A stretch of DNA of 64,000 nucleotides from Narcine bancroftii (Eukaryota). Position 1 is the stretch's first letter, and the number at the start of each line of letters is the position of its first letter. The notes beneath the pieces are model-generated. The model made no database searches and was not told the origin of the DNA. It saw only the letters and a program-made list of their open reading frames with translations. The translations under genes were made by a program, and so were the position numbers. The stretch is from NCBI RefSeq assembly GCF_036971445.1, contig NC_091469.1:67704001-67768000 (forward strand), given 5' to 3'. This document shows positions 1 to 13,679 of this stretch, piece after piece.

Positions 1-1615
1 AAATAATTTAAATGGGCATATGCTATTTATTAAGGATTGCATTGTCAGATGCAAAAAATGGATCATGAAACTGATTATCCAACTACCTCTAGACAGAGAT
101 ATAATTGTACATCAAAAATAGTGATTCACGTAAAAAGACCAAAAAAAAGTTGCAGTGTGTTTTTTCTTTCTTACCTTTTATTGCTTATGGGCTCTAAGTG
201 CATCCCTCATCAATAGTCATAGAACACCCCAGAAAGCCTGCAGATGAATCAAATTTCAATAAGAAATTCTAAGCTAGTTACAAATGCAGAAAGTAGCTTA
301 AGCCAGTGTGCGACGAGATGCATTTCAGCTATTAATTGATTCTTTTCCACTTTGGTCCTGTTTGTTCCATCTTTTATTCAGCTATTGTTTTCTCAATAAA
401 TTCCTATTAATGTTCTTTACTTATGTCTCACTTTTTAAAAAAAATAACTGAGCTCAGTACAATGAAAATTAGCTAACTGATTTAAAGCAGGAATATATTT
501 TTGATAGGTTTCTCAGCATCACTTGCCATTACTGGCCACTTGGCCCATTCACTTTTCCCATTAATAAATAAAACTCCTCAAATGAAATTAAAAGTAAACT
601 TCTTGAAAGTTAATTGTTTTTCCATTTTTTTTCAAACCTGCTTCACCAGTGTGCAAGGGGCTCCTGGACATCCTGTGAATGTTAGCAACATTAATTCCAG
701 TGGTCAGCAGAAATACAGCCCAACTGTTAATGCTCCATAAAATTGTAGGTGAAGGGTTCCTAATGCCTATACAAGAAACATGAGATGTTGCAGCTGCCCT
801 TTAATATTCCTACAAATACAAAACATTCTGCCAAGCATCACATAACATTTGCCCAGCCTCAAAAACCCTCACTAGAAATTCTACCTTTGATCTTAAAAAA
901 TTGAAAATCTTAACAAATTGTTTCAGCAAATATCAAACTTTGTCTTATGCAGTTTTTCTATAGCTGCTTATGGATCAGATCTATCCAATAGTTGTGCAAA
1001 GTAACATGTAACTGGATAAGGTAGGAACTACCGGGTACGTCAACAATAATTACAAACTATTAGTAAGGGGCATACAAAACCTCCTAAAACTCTCTCCAAA
1101 AGAAATGCACATGATACAGATTGAGAATAATCCTAAAATAGTTTTGTCAGTAACCTTTTGTTCTAGTAACTTTAAATTGCCTGAGATGATTCTTGGATTT
1201 TAAATACAAATAACTCAACAACATGGAGGGAAATAGTTTAAAGGAATTGTTTCCAAGAAAGGAAGAGAAAAAGAAATACTTTGGAAGAGAGTTAATTTTA
1301 AAGACTAAGACCCAGCTACCAAAGTAGAGAAATTGAAATTGGCGATTAGGAGGATCAGACATAAAAAGAACATCTAATTATAATAAAATCATGGCACAAG
1401 AGGAAGAAAAAACAACAGCGATAAAAACCAGATGATGCTTCCACAAAACTACATTAAGATGGAGAAAATAAAAATAAACATACCATTGGCTATCATTATT
1501 CCCAGCATTCATGGGATTATTGTCTTCTTAGCAAGGAATGGCTGAGTGGTGGCAAAAGCAAGTGAAGATTCATGAGGACAAAGACTGTCAGTGATGGAAT
1601 CAAGACCATAACAGT

Positions 1616-1753
1616 AATATAGAACATAGAACATTACAGCACAGTACAGGCCCTTCAGCCCTCAATGTTCTGCTGATCCATATATTCCTTAAAAAAGTAC
1701 TAAACCCACCCTACCCCATAACCTTCTATTTTTCTTTCATCCATGTGCCTGTC
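1616..1753 (-). mobile_element. CR1-type LINE 3' end fragment
   Basis: atagaacatagaacattacagcacagtacaggcccttc is the reverse complement of a CR1 3' UTR with a (TTCTATG)n tail. Confidence 0.75.
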
Positions 1754-1791
1754 AAGATTTATTAATTCCTATATTTATGCAAGTATTAGAT

Positions 1792-4700
1792 TGTAGCATC
1801 CCACTTACCAGCAAGCGAACCATCTCCCAAAATGGAGGATATGCTGTGGAAAATGCGGAAAATTGACCTGCATCCAACACAGGTTTTTATCTGGGCTGAT
1901 GTCAACACTGATGATGGCACTTCCTGTTCATGTGACAGAGGCCAGCACACAAGCCTGGAGATGTCAGTCTTGCACTAAACTCCACAGCGTGTACATCAAC
2001 TTCCCAACATATACAATGACTTGACAATATGTACAGTGATTCCACAATGTGCACACCAATGTTTATAGTAGCTCAGTACAGAATACTTCACTACATTGGT
2101 GACCCCAACGGTCTGAACAATATTTTGACCCCAATATGGAAAATTTTTCTTTGATGCATGCCATGGCTCTAAAGCTGCTAATGTTTTGGACTTCACAACC
2201 ATATGTATGGTTTGACCAACCAGAAGTCCAATTCCAGTTGAGGCAGATAACATCTGATTCCACGTGGTACTACTATGCAGTAAGTGCCCTGGATCAAGAG
2301 ACACCATGCAGAGTTTCCAATTTTTCTGCAGCATCCTGCAGAGGAGGACAAGTAGATGGCGCTCCAAAGTCTGCTCATCCTTACCTTTGGCCTCTCATGA
2401 CGTGAGCAAGTGGCCTGTTTACTTCACTTGGATGGCTTGGGAGACAGGACCCCTTCCATGCTCAAAATGCTGGCACTAGCAGAAGGGTATAGGCCCTGCC
2501 TCATGTTCGAGCAAGCTTTCCTGGGGCAGTTGCCAGAAGATATCTACATGCTGCTGGCCGATGAGGATTTCAGTGACCCACAGAGAGTTGCAACCCATGT
2601 TGACATTCTATTGCGGGCTAAGCAAGAAAATGTGACATCTGTAGGACAGGTCAACAGATCCTGTTCACAGCAGCAGGACTGTGCAAATCCAACATTAGAC
2701 CAACAGCAAGGTCAAACCATTTGGCCAGGAGATAAGGGAAAGAAAATAGCACCCATTGATGTTTCTACCATTGACGATGGGGCTCAGAAGCTCATTGCTG
2801 CTGACCTCCCTGTGCATTTTAGGGAAACTCTATGGCCAGCCGTCACTAATGGGTGTGGTGGCTGGCCATCGAGACAGCCATTTTTACGTCTGGGATAGAC
2901 ATTCCAGCTGGCGTTTCTTGGTGGATACATGGCTGAGATCAGCATGCTTCAGTCTTCAGGGTATGGCATGTAACAGAAAACCTGGGCCATCACTGAAAGC
3001 CACAAACTGCAGAACTATCCACACACTGGCAAGTATAAAATTATACTTCATTTCGGCGATACTCAGGTTTTTTTTGAAAATTTTATTTAAGAATTTTACA
3101 AAACCAAAGAAAGTACGAAGTATAATCTAAAACTACCCCCCACTACCCCCCGCCCTCCTTCCCCTCCCCACTTTGGAGCTTATTTAAAAAAAACATAATA
3201 ACATCAAGTTATAACAGGCTGTTATACGGTGTGCCATCCATTTACATCTCTCAACACATACAAGGCTTTTACTTAATAGGTGATACTAAGTTCATGTGGA
3301 CATTCACATTAGCTGCAGACACACAACCGCTACTAGGAACAGATTTTCTCAGAGCGCGTGATCTGCTGGTCGATCTAGAAAAAGGCTAGTTCATATCAAC
3401 ACTTTCCAGACCTTCACCCTAAGCTGCCAGCCCCGCATTTAGACTCCTTACTCTTTCAGAAAATGAATTTGCCAGGTTGTTTGCAGAATTCCACGCAATA
3501 ATTATGTTGCAATTCACCTTGGCGATGCCGAAACATGGGGTGCAGTGCCACATACCAACCAAAGGCTCACCACTGCATGCCAAAGCTTACAGGCTCCCTC
3601 CAGATAAACCATCTGGCTAAAGAGTTGTTTGAAAGGATGGAGAAGATGGGTATTGCACAATGGCCTGTAGCTCCTGGGCCTCCCTGCTTCACAAGGCCAC
3701 AGGTGGATGAAGACCTTGCAGTGATATCGCAGGTTGAACGAAGTTACTGCACCGGATTGCTACAGGATTTCGATTCCAACCTGCAGGAAGCCTGCATCTT
3801 TTCCAAGGTGGACCTGGTCTGGGGGTAGAATCAGATCCTGGTCCACCCGGATGACATTCCAGAAATGGCTATTATTACACTCTTTGGCTTTTTTGAATTC
3901 AGAAGGATGTCTTTTGGGCTCAAGAATGCTACATAGACTTTCCAATGTTTAATGGACAGACTGGGATGCAATCTCAACTTTACCTTCATATACCTAGACA
4001 ACATACTTATTACTAGCTTCAGTCATCAGGAACATCTGTCCCATCTGGGCAAGCTTTTCACTCGTTTGAATGAGGTGACCACCAACCCAGCCAAGTGTCA
4101 ATTCAGGTTAGCAACCATTGACTTTCGGGGCCATAGAATCGACAAACATGAAGCAAAGCCACTACTGGCAAAGGGCAAGGTGATCTGGGCATTCCCTAAG
4201 TCCAGCACAGTTAAAGGGCTCCAGGATTTCATTGGAATTGTGAACTTTTATTACTGGCTTCTACCATGAGCAGCTCACATCATGCACCCTCTCTTTGCCC
4301 TTATGTCAGGCAAAGTAAAGGACATCACTTGGGATGAAGAATCATCAGCAGTATTTGAGAACTCCAAGGAATCACTGGCTAATGCTACATTGTTGGTCCA
4401 CCCAAGAACGGATGTACTGACAGCCCTGATAGTAGATGCGTCCAGTACGGCAGTAGGAGTGGTGCTTGAAAAGTACATCGAAGGACATTGGAAACCATTA
4501 GCTTTCTTTCACAAGGACCTAAGACTACTAGAACTCAAGTACGGTGCTTTTGATGGAGAATTGTTGGCATTCTACCTAGCTATCAGACATTTCAGGTACT
4601 TTCTAGAAGGAAGGCAATTCACTGCTTTTACTGACCACAAGCCGTTTACATTTGCCTTCACTAAGGTATCAGATCCATGGTCAGCTCAACAATGGAGACA

Positions 4701-6343
4701 TTTATCATATATTTCTGATTGTACGACAGCCATCGAACACATCTTAGGAAAGTTCAACGTAGTGGCAGATGCGCTATCTCACCCAGCTATACAATCCATG
4801 CAGACCTTAGCCCAAGGGGTGGACTATGTTGCTCTCGTGAAAGCGCAACAGGCAGATGAAGAAATTCTGCATTACGGAGCAGGAGATGAGAACTTACAGC
4901 TGGAAGAAATTCCATTAGGCCCGGGGGAGCTCAAACACCTGAGTGACATATCTACAGGTTATTCTCACCCAATCGATCCAGTGGCCTGGAGGTGGCAGGT
5001 ATTTGACGTGGTACACAGGGTGGCATATCCATCGATCTGTCCAGATGATAGCCAAAAGATCAGTGTGAATGGCCTTTGAAAACAGGTCATCAATTGGGTG
5101 AAGACATGCACTCATTGCCAGACATCCCAAGACCAGCAACACATGAGAGCCTCACTACAATATTTTGAGCCGTCGTATCGGAGGTTTGACCATGTACATC
5201 TAGATATTGTAGGCCCCCTGCCGGTGTCACATTGTTTCCGTTTTCTTCTCACTATAATGGATCGGGCCATGTGGTGGCCAGAGACGGTTCCACTGGCAGA
5301 CATGACTACCAACATCTGCGCCAGGGCTTTCATTTCCACCTGGATTGCATGGTTTGCCAGCACACATCACGTCAAACAGTGGTTCTCAATTCAAATCAGC
5401 AATGGCCATTCTGATTCGAACAAAGTTGTACCACACAACTGAAATTGGCCCTTATAAAAACATCTGCAGGGACCTAACTGGGTTGATGAATTGCCATTGG
5501 GTACTCTTGGGCATACAAACGGCACCCAAGGATGATTTAGGTGTCTCATTGGCAGACATGGTCTACGACGCACCCCTGATGGTTCCCAGGAGAATTTGTA
5601 TCAGACTCACAAGGATGCCCGCAGCAGTCCTAAGCAAGTTCCACAGAAGCTTGGTTCTTCAGCGCCTATACTAAAATCTCAACACGGTCAGGCCAGGTCC
5701 TATATACCCCAGAACTTGCAGGATTGCAAGTATATTTTCGTACATAAAGGAGCACACCTAGCACCATTCCAGCATCCGTATGATGGTCCCTTTTAAGATG
5801 CAATGGTTTGATGTACATTTTGGACATAGGAGGTAAAGAGGAAGCTTTTGCAATTGACTGCCTCAAAACTGCCTATCTAGATCTAGATGGACCAGTTGTG
5901 GTTCAGGTGCCTTGGCGGAGGAAGGCCGTCCAAAAGAAAAAAATACACGTACTTTTGGAGACCGCAGCAGAATTTCCAGTTCTGTGGTGGGGGGGGGGGG
6001 GGGGGTGGGGGAAGAGGGGCCCCTGTAGCAACCCACTTACCAGCAAGTGAACCAACTCCCAAAATGGCAGATGTGCTGTGGAGAATGCAGGAAATTGACC
6101 TCCATCCAACACAGGTTTTTATCTGGGCTGATAATGTCACTGATGGCATCATTTCCTGTCCATGTGACAGAAGCAGTGATGCATATAAACCAACATGCAA
6201 GCCTGGAGGTGACATTCTTGAACTAGACTCCACAGCATGTAAATTGACATCTCAGCGTATACATCAACTCTACAATGTGCACAGCGATTCCACAACGTGT
6301 ACACCAACATCTATAGTAGCTTAGTATAGAATACTTTGCTTCA
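1792..6343 (+). mobile_element. Full-length degenerate Gypsy/Ty3 LTR retrotransposon
   Basis: LTRs 1792-2095 and 6024-6343 (TG...CA) with 4-bp TSD AGAT. PBS TGGTGACCCCAACG at ~2097 (tRNA-Trp type); G-rich PPT at 5986-6020. Frameshifted gag, protease (FLVDT), RT (YLDNIL), RNase H (VDASSTAVG...FTDHKP) and integrase (HLDIVGPLP, GPF). Confidence 0.95.
3067..3278 (-). mobile_element. 5'-truncated poly(A) retroposon (L1 3' UTR-like) inside the Gypsy protease region
   Basis: Minus strand has AATAAA followed by an A-tail. Imperfect 12-bp TSD: GGCGATACTCAG (3055-66) and GGTGATACTAAG (3279-90). Confidence 0.75.
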
Positions 6344-6585
6344 AGATCAGGCTTTGGAAACCCATATTCTTCCAGAATAATTTTCGATGGCAATAATTAC
6401 AGTGATTCCTAAAAAGGATAGGGATTCTTTAAAACCTTCATCTTATAGACCTATTTCATTATTAAATGTAGATTATAAAATTGTTGTGAAACTTTTGACA
6501 AATAGGCTGATTAAATTGCTGCCTCAATAAATATGGATCAAATAGGTTTTGTAAAAAAAAGACAGTCGTCGGAAAATGTAGGTAG

Positions 6586-7468
6586 TGTATCGACCTGGAC
6601 TGACCCATATCACAGAGATGCAGGCTCGCACTGGGCTGACATCACAATGGTCCCAGTGGGAGGGGCCTAAAAGGATCATGGGAGTGGTGCTAATAAGCTC
6701 TCAGAGAGTTCCAGGAAAGTCAGGTGGTTGGTTCAACTCACTCACAGCTTCTGTTTTTTTTTGGTTGCTGCACAGCGCACCGACCACAGTGGTGACCACA
6801 GCCTATGGGCAGTGTTGACACAGTTCCTAGGGACCCAGTTACATCACACCGTGGCCTACCACCCACAGTCTAACATCCTGGTGGAAAGATTCCATCAGCA
6901 TTTGAGGACAGCCCTCATGGCACAGTTCCGAGACACAGATTGTGCGAGAAAGCTGCCTTGGGTGCTCCTTGGCATCTGCACAGCGCCAAAGGAGGATTTG
7001 GCCACATCCTCCACTGAACTTGTCTATAGGTCCCCGCTGACAGTCTTGGGAGAGTTTGGCCCCTATACCAACTTCTTGCCATGCTCCAGCATGGCAAGAA
7101 GTCTGTCTTCATAAGGAGAGGTGCGCACCAGGTGCTCTTTCAGCATCTGTATGAGGGTCCACAGGTGTTACAACACAATTGGATAAAGGCCTTTTGAACA
7201 TTTGAGGTAGGCAGGAAATGTTTACGGCTGACCTCCTCAAACTGGCACACCTTAACCTCGACAATCAGTAACTGTTCCAGCTCCACGGCAGAGAGGTCAG
7301 CCTCCCAAATGAACAAACTGTTTGCAAACTGTGGACTCAGCACCTCCAAACACCGGTTCTGGGTGATGTGGGGGAGGGGGGACCATGCCATGTAGTGAGC
7401 TGCACTGATCGACAAGCGAATCAGGTAACAATGTGGAGGCTTGCACTGGGCTGACATCACAATGGTCC
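6586..7468 (+). mobile_element. Internally deleted Gypsy element (LTR, PBS, integrase C-half, PPT, partial LTR)
   Basis: 5' LTR 6586-6788 and TGGTGACC at 6790 are followed immediately by integrase (TQLHHTVAYHPQSNILVERFHQHLRTAL). PPT at ~7369-7382; 3' LTR from 7391 shares aggctYgcactgggctgacatcacaatggtcc and is cut by a CR1. Confidence 0.8.
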
Positions 7469-8540
7469 TGGTAGGACCTCCCCAACCTCCTCTGCCTCCA
7501 GGCACATGTTGCCTCCTTTATCCTTTAGTGGCCCCACCTTCATTCTTGTCACCCTCCTCTTCACACATGCATAAAATGCCTTGGGGTTCTTCTTAATCCC
7601 ACTTGCCAAAAACTTCTTATGCCATCTTCTAGCTCTCCTAAGTACTTTATTAAACCATATATTTCTCATGTGCCCTTCCTGTTTCCTATTTCTAACATAT
7701 GTTTCCTTCTTCCTCTTGACTAGTTGCCCTATCTGTTTCATCAGCCATGGTTCCCTTTTCCTACAATCTTTTCCTTGTCCCAGTGGGACAAACCTATCCT
7801 GAACCCAACAATCTTGGTCCCTAAACTTCATCCAAATCACTTCTGTGCTTTTACCACGAACTTTGGTTTCCAATTTACTCCTGCTAGTTCCTGCCTCATC
7901 CCTTCATAATTAGCTGTTCCCCAGTTAAGCACTTTGCCATTTTGTCTGTTTTTATCCTTTTCCATACCTTTGCTGAAGGTGAGGGAGTTGTGGTCACTCT
8001 CATTAAAATGCTCCTCCACCTTGAGGTCTGTCACCTGACCACTATCATTCCCCAGAACCAGATTCAGTATGACCTCTCCTCTCGTCAGCCAGTCCACATA
8101 CTGTGTCAATCCTTCTTGAACACACCTGACAAACTCAGCCTCATCCATTGCTCTTGCAGTCAGGAGGTGCCAGTTAATATTAATGAAGTTGAAAACACCC
8201 ATAACTACAACCCTGTATTTCCCACACCATTCCAAAATCTACCTGTTTATCGGTTCTTCGTTGTCCTGAGGGCTATTTGGGGGCCTATAAACTACTCCCA
8301 GTACAATAACTCCCTTCCTATTTCTGACTTCTACCCACACCGACTCAGTGGACACTCCCTCTGCAGTGTCGTCCTTTCTATTGCCACGATACTGTTCATG
8401 ACCAGTAATGCTACTCCCCCCACTTTTCTACCTGCATCAGCCAATCCTGCCCTTGCTCCAGCCACGTTTCAGTAATAGCCACAATACAGTAGTTCCACAC
8501 ATTGATCCATGCTCTAAGTTCATCCCCTTTATTCCAAACA
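7469..8540 (-). mobile_element. CR1 LINE ORF2 fragment (endonuclease and linker)
   Basis: ORFs 7837..8235 (VVMGVFNF..INW..FVRCVQEG.LTQYV...SDHNSL) and 7457..7873 (KKNPKAFYACVK...VGPLKD). Confidence 0.9.
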
Positions 8541-9139
8541 TAGGTTTTTAACCCCTTTGTCCATAATTTCAAAAACCGAACATTTTTTTTACCATGTGCT
8601 CACCAAACATGATCCGACACAACCCATACTCAATTCATGCTTGAAAACCCCATGTCAGTCCATATCATTAATTAGTGAAACATGAGGGAATGCTCACTTT
8701 ATGTGCCACTGGGAAAAAAAAGAGTCCAGTGCATCTGACGTCCAGCAACCATCCACAATGTCCAGCACTGCTGCAACTTCCCCTGATGCTCAACACTGCG
8801 ACAACTCCTCCTCATCCAGAAATCTCAATCCCTGCCACCTGCACTAACTCTTCAGCCACAGATTCATCTGCCACAACTTTCTGTTCCTACCCTCTCTGTG
8901 TGACACAGGCAGAAATCCTGAGATTACCACCCTAGAGGCCCTGCTTTTTGACTTTTCCTAATAATACGTGGTGTTGTTGCCACCTCAGACTATGCCGAAG
9001 GTTTGTTAATCATAGTTGATCTGACTGGAATTGTAAATATGGGATAATTCTAATGGAGGCCAAAATTCATTTCAATATAAAAGTAAGGTGATTTTGATGC
9101 AACTTTACAAGGTTGCACCATCAGTGTCGAAGTGAAATA

Positions 9140-9285
9140 TGAAAATCTGCAGATACTGTCCTTGAAGTAAAAAAAATGCTGGAGGAACTCAGCAGGTCTT
9201 GTAGAGACCATAGGAGGTAAAGATTAATAACCAACATTTCAGGCCTGAGCCTTGAAGCCCTGCTGAATTTTCCAGCATTTTTACC
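9140..9285. mobile_element. Penelope-like terminal repeat remnant
   Basis: aatgctggaggaactcagcagg ... ctgctgaattttccagcatt inverted ends; same family as the copies at 29048-29625, 49660-50445 and 63915-64000. Confidence 0.6.
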
Positions 9286-9309
9286 TTGAATGTTGAGCAC
9301 AGTTGTGGC

Positions 9310-9560
9310 CTCTATACTTAACTACACTGGACCTCAGAAGAATGAGAGATTACCTTACTGAGATTGTAAAACAGATTCATCAGGTGGATGTTGAGATGAT
9401 AGGTTCTCGAACGAGAGCACAGTATGTAAAACTAAGAAACCGTGTGCCTGAATAAGGAGTCACAATGGAAGCATGGAGAAATTTCTCAAGTTTCAGAGAT
9501 GGAGCCATAGAAACAAGATGTTTGAAGTACAAGGGATTTAAGAGGTATTTAAAAAGAGAG
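9310..9560 (+). mobile_element. Degraded CR1 3' fragment
   Basis: ctggacctcagaagaatgagagattacctt resembles the CR1 C-terminal LE.RR.RGDL motif. Confidence 0.5.
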
Positions 9561-9659
9561 TGGGCAAAATTATATTGACCCTTTCTCTATACACAGATGC
9601 AGTGCGACGTGAACATTTCTAGCATTTTCGGTTTTTATTATTTGAGGTCAAGTGAAGGA

Positions 9660-9960
9660 CAAGTGGACAAACAGGTCACTTTACAAACTCAACAGTGTTC
9701 CTCAAATTTGTCACTCCACCTGCATTCAGTTTCTTCAATGCAACACCATTGTGAACACCAAATGCAATACATTAAACTGGAAATGCAAGTGATTTTCTGC
9801 ACCTAGAAGGATTGTGTGGGGATTGAAAAGTGGGAAGGGAAGGGATGAAGTGGTAGAATTTGCATTGAAATGTGCCTTGGGAAGAGTTGTTGTTGGTGGG
9901 AATGATGAGAGAGTCGAGGAGTCAGAGCAAATTTCTTTCAGAATATTAAGAAGGGAGTTG
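9660..9960 (-). mobile_element. Penelope-like GIY-YIG fragment
   Basis: Minus strand reads ...TCISSLMYCIWCSQWCCIEETECR, a degenerate Y-C-I-x-C...YIGET signature. Confidence 0.55.
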
Positions 9961-10984
9961 TGCCTGTCATTTTACTAAATGGAGGGCATTGGGTGTCATG
10001 TCACTAATTATAACATAGAGGCTCTCATTGACCCATCTGAATATGCTCATCAACAGAGAAATACAATGATACAGCATGGAAACAGGCCATTCATGCTCAT
10101 CCATATTAACCACATCTTCCACCACCTACCTAACAGCCTTTAATAAATGCTGTAGCAACTCTGCTTCCACGAATCTCTAGCAATGCATTACAGCTTCTTA
10201 CCACCCTCAGGGTGATCACCTCTGAATCTCTTATCCCTTACCCAAAATTTACGGCCTAGTTTTATTCACCACTGATAAGGGGAAATATTTCCTGCAGTCG
10301 ACAAACCTCCGTATGTCCCTCCTAATTTTATGCACTGCAATCCTCCTCCTCCTCTCTAGAGCAGATCTAGCCTCACCAGTCTCTCTTCAGAACTGACCTC
10401 CCCACACCCTGTCCATCAAGATTGCATCTTTCTTCTAGTAATGTACTACCAGAACTGTACACAGTAGTCCATCTGTGGTTTTATAAAGTTGGAATATACC
10501 TCCTTTCTTTGGTCCAACTAATGAAGGCCAGTGTTCCATAACTACATTATGTACCAATGCTATCACTTTCATGGATCATTGGATTATGCAAGGTTCCTCA
10601 GTAATCCCTTGGTTCTATTCATTCTTTGGGAATGGCCCGCCCTCATTGGTGCTCCCAAAATACATCACATGTATCAGGAATTCACTCCATCTGCCATTTC
10701 AGAAATACATTGATATCATCATGTACCGAAGACTACCCTCCACTCTATCTACAACTCCACATTTTCCACAACTCCTCCAATCTTCACGTCATCTGCCAGC
10801 TTACTTATCATGAGACCTGCATCCAATCCACATACATGATAAATGAAAAAGGTCCCAGCACTGATCCTTGAGCAATACCACTAGTCAGAGGCATCCAGTC
10901 ACGAAAATAGCCTTCTACTATTACCTTTCGTTTCTTATTGCCAAACCAATTTGTATCCAATTTGGCAATTCATTTCTGAGTTTT

Positions 10985-11120
10985 TGTTCAGGCAACTGTC
11001 TGAATTTTGTTCATACTTTGATGAAGGGTTCAAGGCCTACATGTTGGTTTTGTATCTTTATCTTTGCTATATAAAGTTCATGTTTTACCTAATGAGTTTC
11101 TTCAGCATTGTGTTTTTACT
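10985..11120 (+). mobile_element. Penelope-like terminal remnant with a decayed hammerhead motif
   Basis: catactttgatgaagggttcaagg...gttgg ... atgagtttcttcagcattgtgttttt. Confidence 0.65.
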
Positions 11121-11134
11121 GGATCCTTTCCTTT

Positions 11135-11805
11135 GGATCAGATTTCCAAGCTAACCTGGACACACATCTCATTTGTCAGGAAGATCCAACAGCGACTGAA
11201 CTTCTTGAGATGTCTGAGGAAGGCAAGGGTACTGGCTACCATCCTGTTAACTTTCTACTGGAGATCTATTGAGACCACCTTGGCTGGCTGTATCACAAAG
11301 TGGGATGGTTGCTGTAGAGCATTGGATCAGAGGTCAATCCACAAGACATTAAGAGCAGCAATGTCACTGGGGTTTCTCTCCCTTCTATCGATGGGATTTC
11401 TCTCCTTTCCGTCGATGGGATTTACCAAGGTTGTTTTCTAAAGAGGGCTTGCAAAAACAGTGAGAACCCCTACCATCTCACACTCAGCAGCTTTTCCAAC
11501 TATTCCCGTTAGGAAAGAGATACAGGAGTATCAAAGCCAAAATCATCAGACTTAAAACCTGCTTCTTTCCATGGGCAGTGAGACTGCTGAATGACTGATG
11601 ATCTGTTCTTAAAAATCATCCATAATTGAGTGCTTGTTTAACAATAATATTTATTTATTTAAATTTAGCATATACATACTTTGCAGATGTATCATTAATC
11701 TGTAGGCGTGTTATATCTGTATGTGTGTTTGCAGCTTGTTGCATCAAAGACGGGTGAACGCTGTTTCATTGAGTTGTACTTGAACAATCGGATAATGAAC
11801 TTGAT
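11135..11805 (+). mobile_element. Rex1/Babar-type LINE 3' fragment
   Basis: LTWTHISFVRKIQQRLNFLRCLRKA...LLTFYWRSIETTLAGCITKW (ORF 11064..11441), followed by a 3' UTR ending in aacttga. Confidence 0.8.
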
Positions 11806-13121
11806 AAATATGAAGTGAGACCATGTCAAAATCCTTACTGAAATTCATGCAATCATCATCTATGGCATTAACAGTACACTTTATTACATACTCAAAAAAT
11901 TCAGTCAAGTTGGTCAGACAAGGTATGTTCTTGACAAAGCCATCCCGACTATCTCCGGCCAGTCCGTTTTTCTGAGTGATTAATTATCCTCTCCCTCAGA
12001 ATTTTTTCCAATAATTTCCTCTATGACCAATGATTGATTAATTGGTCTGTAATTAGCACGCTTTTCCCTGCTGCCCTTGCTAAAAAGGTCTGAATCATCA
12101 AACATTTAAAAATCTCAGCTAGAGCCACAGCAATTTCTTCACTTGCCTCCCATGGTAGCCTGGCATAAACCTCATCGAGTTTTAGGGGTTTTAAGACTGT
12201 GACGGCATTACATACCTCCGCTTTATCGAGACTTGCACTAGAATTTCATCTTCCCCTTCAATGAATTCTCAAACTGGTCTGTTTCCTTTTTAAATACAGT
12301 ACTGATAAAATAATATTAATTTACACCTACATCTGTCTCCATGCACATTTCTCTGGTTATTCTTTTGTCCTTAATATATTTATATTTTTCATTTTTTTGT
12401 TGAAGGACCAGAAAAATCCTTGCAAGAGATTGCTGGAGGGTCCTCCAGGAATGAGAAATCTGGAAAAACACATGTTAATACAGGCACCAGTGTTCAGACG
12501 CACCATATTCTTTACATTTGCCTTTCAAACCCCTCTTGAAATCTGCAACACTGAATTCTAGAGCGAATTCTGTGGCAGAATGTGGCACTGTCTGATATTT
12601 TAATAGGAAGTTAGGTAGACAAGGAATCATGAATTTAAATTTATACAGAATTTTGAACTCACACAGTGATTATGCTTTCCTTTCTGATAACAGGATTTTC
12701 AGTTATGTGACTGAAGCATCCACATGAAAAATAAACATCTGTCCAATCGACCTTAGTTTTCAACTAATTCTTGCCTGGTAAAATTGGTCACTCTTGCTAG
12801 GCATATTAGCAATTCTAATCATTTGCCATTATAAGTGTTAGATGCATTTTATTTGATCTGGTATCTTTGGTATGTCTTGAGAATCTCAAAGGTTGATGGA
12901 TGACTTTTATTTCTTTTAGGTGTCTCTCTCATGTAAGGACAGAATGAATGAATACAGATGATACCACTGTGCATTTTGCTGCTTCTCACCATTTCATCTA
13001 GTAGCATAAATGCAAATCTAGATATGCTCGATTGTAGTCTGATTTCATGCTGTGCAGACTCCAGTTCTGTACACTCCTGTGAACAATTTCCTCTCTGTGA
13101 GACATTCATTCAATTTCAACA

Positions 13122-13214
13122 TTGTTTCTGTGAATGAAATATTTGCCCTTCCGTAGGATTACCAGATTTGTTTCTGCGAATGAAATATTTGCCCTTCCGT
13201 AGGATTACTAGATT
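13122..13214. repeat. 46-bp tandem duplication (2 copies)
   Basis: ttgtttctgYgaatgaaatatttgcccttccgtaggattacYagat occurs twice, starting at 13122 and 13168. Confidence 0.9.
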
Positions 13215-13571
13215 AGTAAAAGTGGAATAGGTCTTTATGTTAATCTGTCAAGACACATAATCCTTCAGAACATGTTTAGCCTTCAAAGAAATGTGTTAAT
13301 GTTAATATCATGTAACATGTTACATCACTGTCACATAATTTTCATTTATTGTTACATACAAATACACCACTCATTGTTAAGACGACATCCCAAAGTCCTC
13401 CTCCCAATTATGAACTGAACTGCTGCTTCACTTTTGGTACATATTGAGAACATCAAAGATAAATGGATGAATTTCTTGATTTCATGTTGTCAGTGCCTCT
13501 CCCACGTTACCACGTTATGACAAGACTGATGATTAATCAGTATGAATGAATATAGTTTAAACCCGCATGCA

Positions 13572-13660
13572 CAGTGCCCTCCATAATGTTTGAGACAGAC
13601 ATTTTTTTCTTTTATTTGTCCTGTGTTCCACAGTATTAAATTTGCAATCAAACAATTCAC
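13572..13660 (+). mobile_element. Tc1-type MITE left end only
   Basis: CAGTGCCCTCCATAATGTTTG, the same TIR as the element at 49799-50358. Confidence 0.7.
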
Positions 13661-13679
13661 ACCCACCTGTTTCTCATTG

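Larger units (their letters stand above)
1755..6585 (+). mobile_element. L1-clade ORF2 fragment (1755-1791 plus 6344-6585) split by a Gypsy provirus
   Basis: The joined flanks read DLLIPIFMQVLDQALETHILPE*FSMAIITVIPKKDRDSLKPSSYRPISLLNVDYKIVVKLLTNRL, the start of an L1 RT domain. Confidence 0.85.
10060..12400 (-). mobile_element. Old CR1 LINE (10060-10970 and 11812-12400) interrupted by Penelope and Rex pieces
   Basis: RT motifs on the minus strand: SGIAQGSVLGP at ~10850-10880, DFSK.FD at ~11825-11850, and CLVKN/LTNL.EFF at ~11895-11940. Confidence 0.75.

Noticed and set aside
1-1600. Last exons of a convergent neighbouring gene (HSD17B3 lies downstream of ERCC6L2 in human)
   Set aside because: I could not find any matching exon or SDR motif.
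2097-2112. tRNA gene
   Set aside because: It is only a short primer-binding site complementary to a tRNA 3' end, with no cloverleaf.
5986-6020. G-run as a special G-quadruplex element
   Set aside because: It is explained as the expanded polypurine tract of the Gypsy element.
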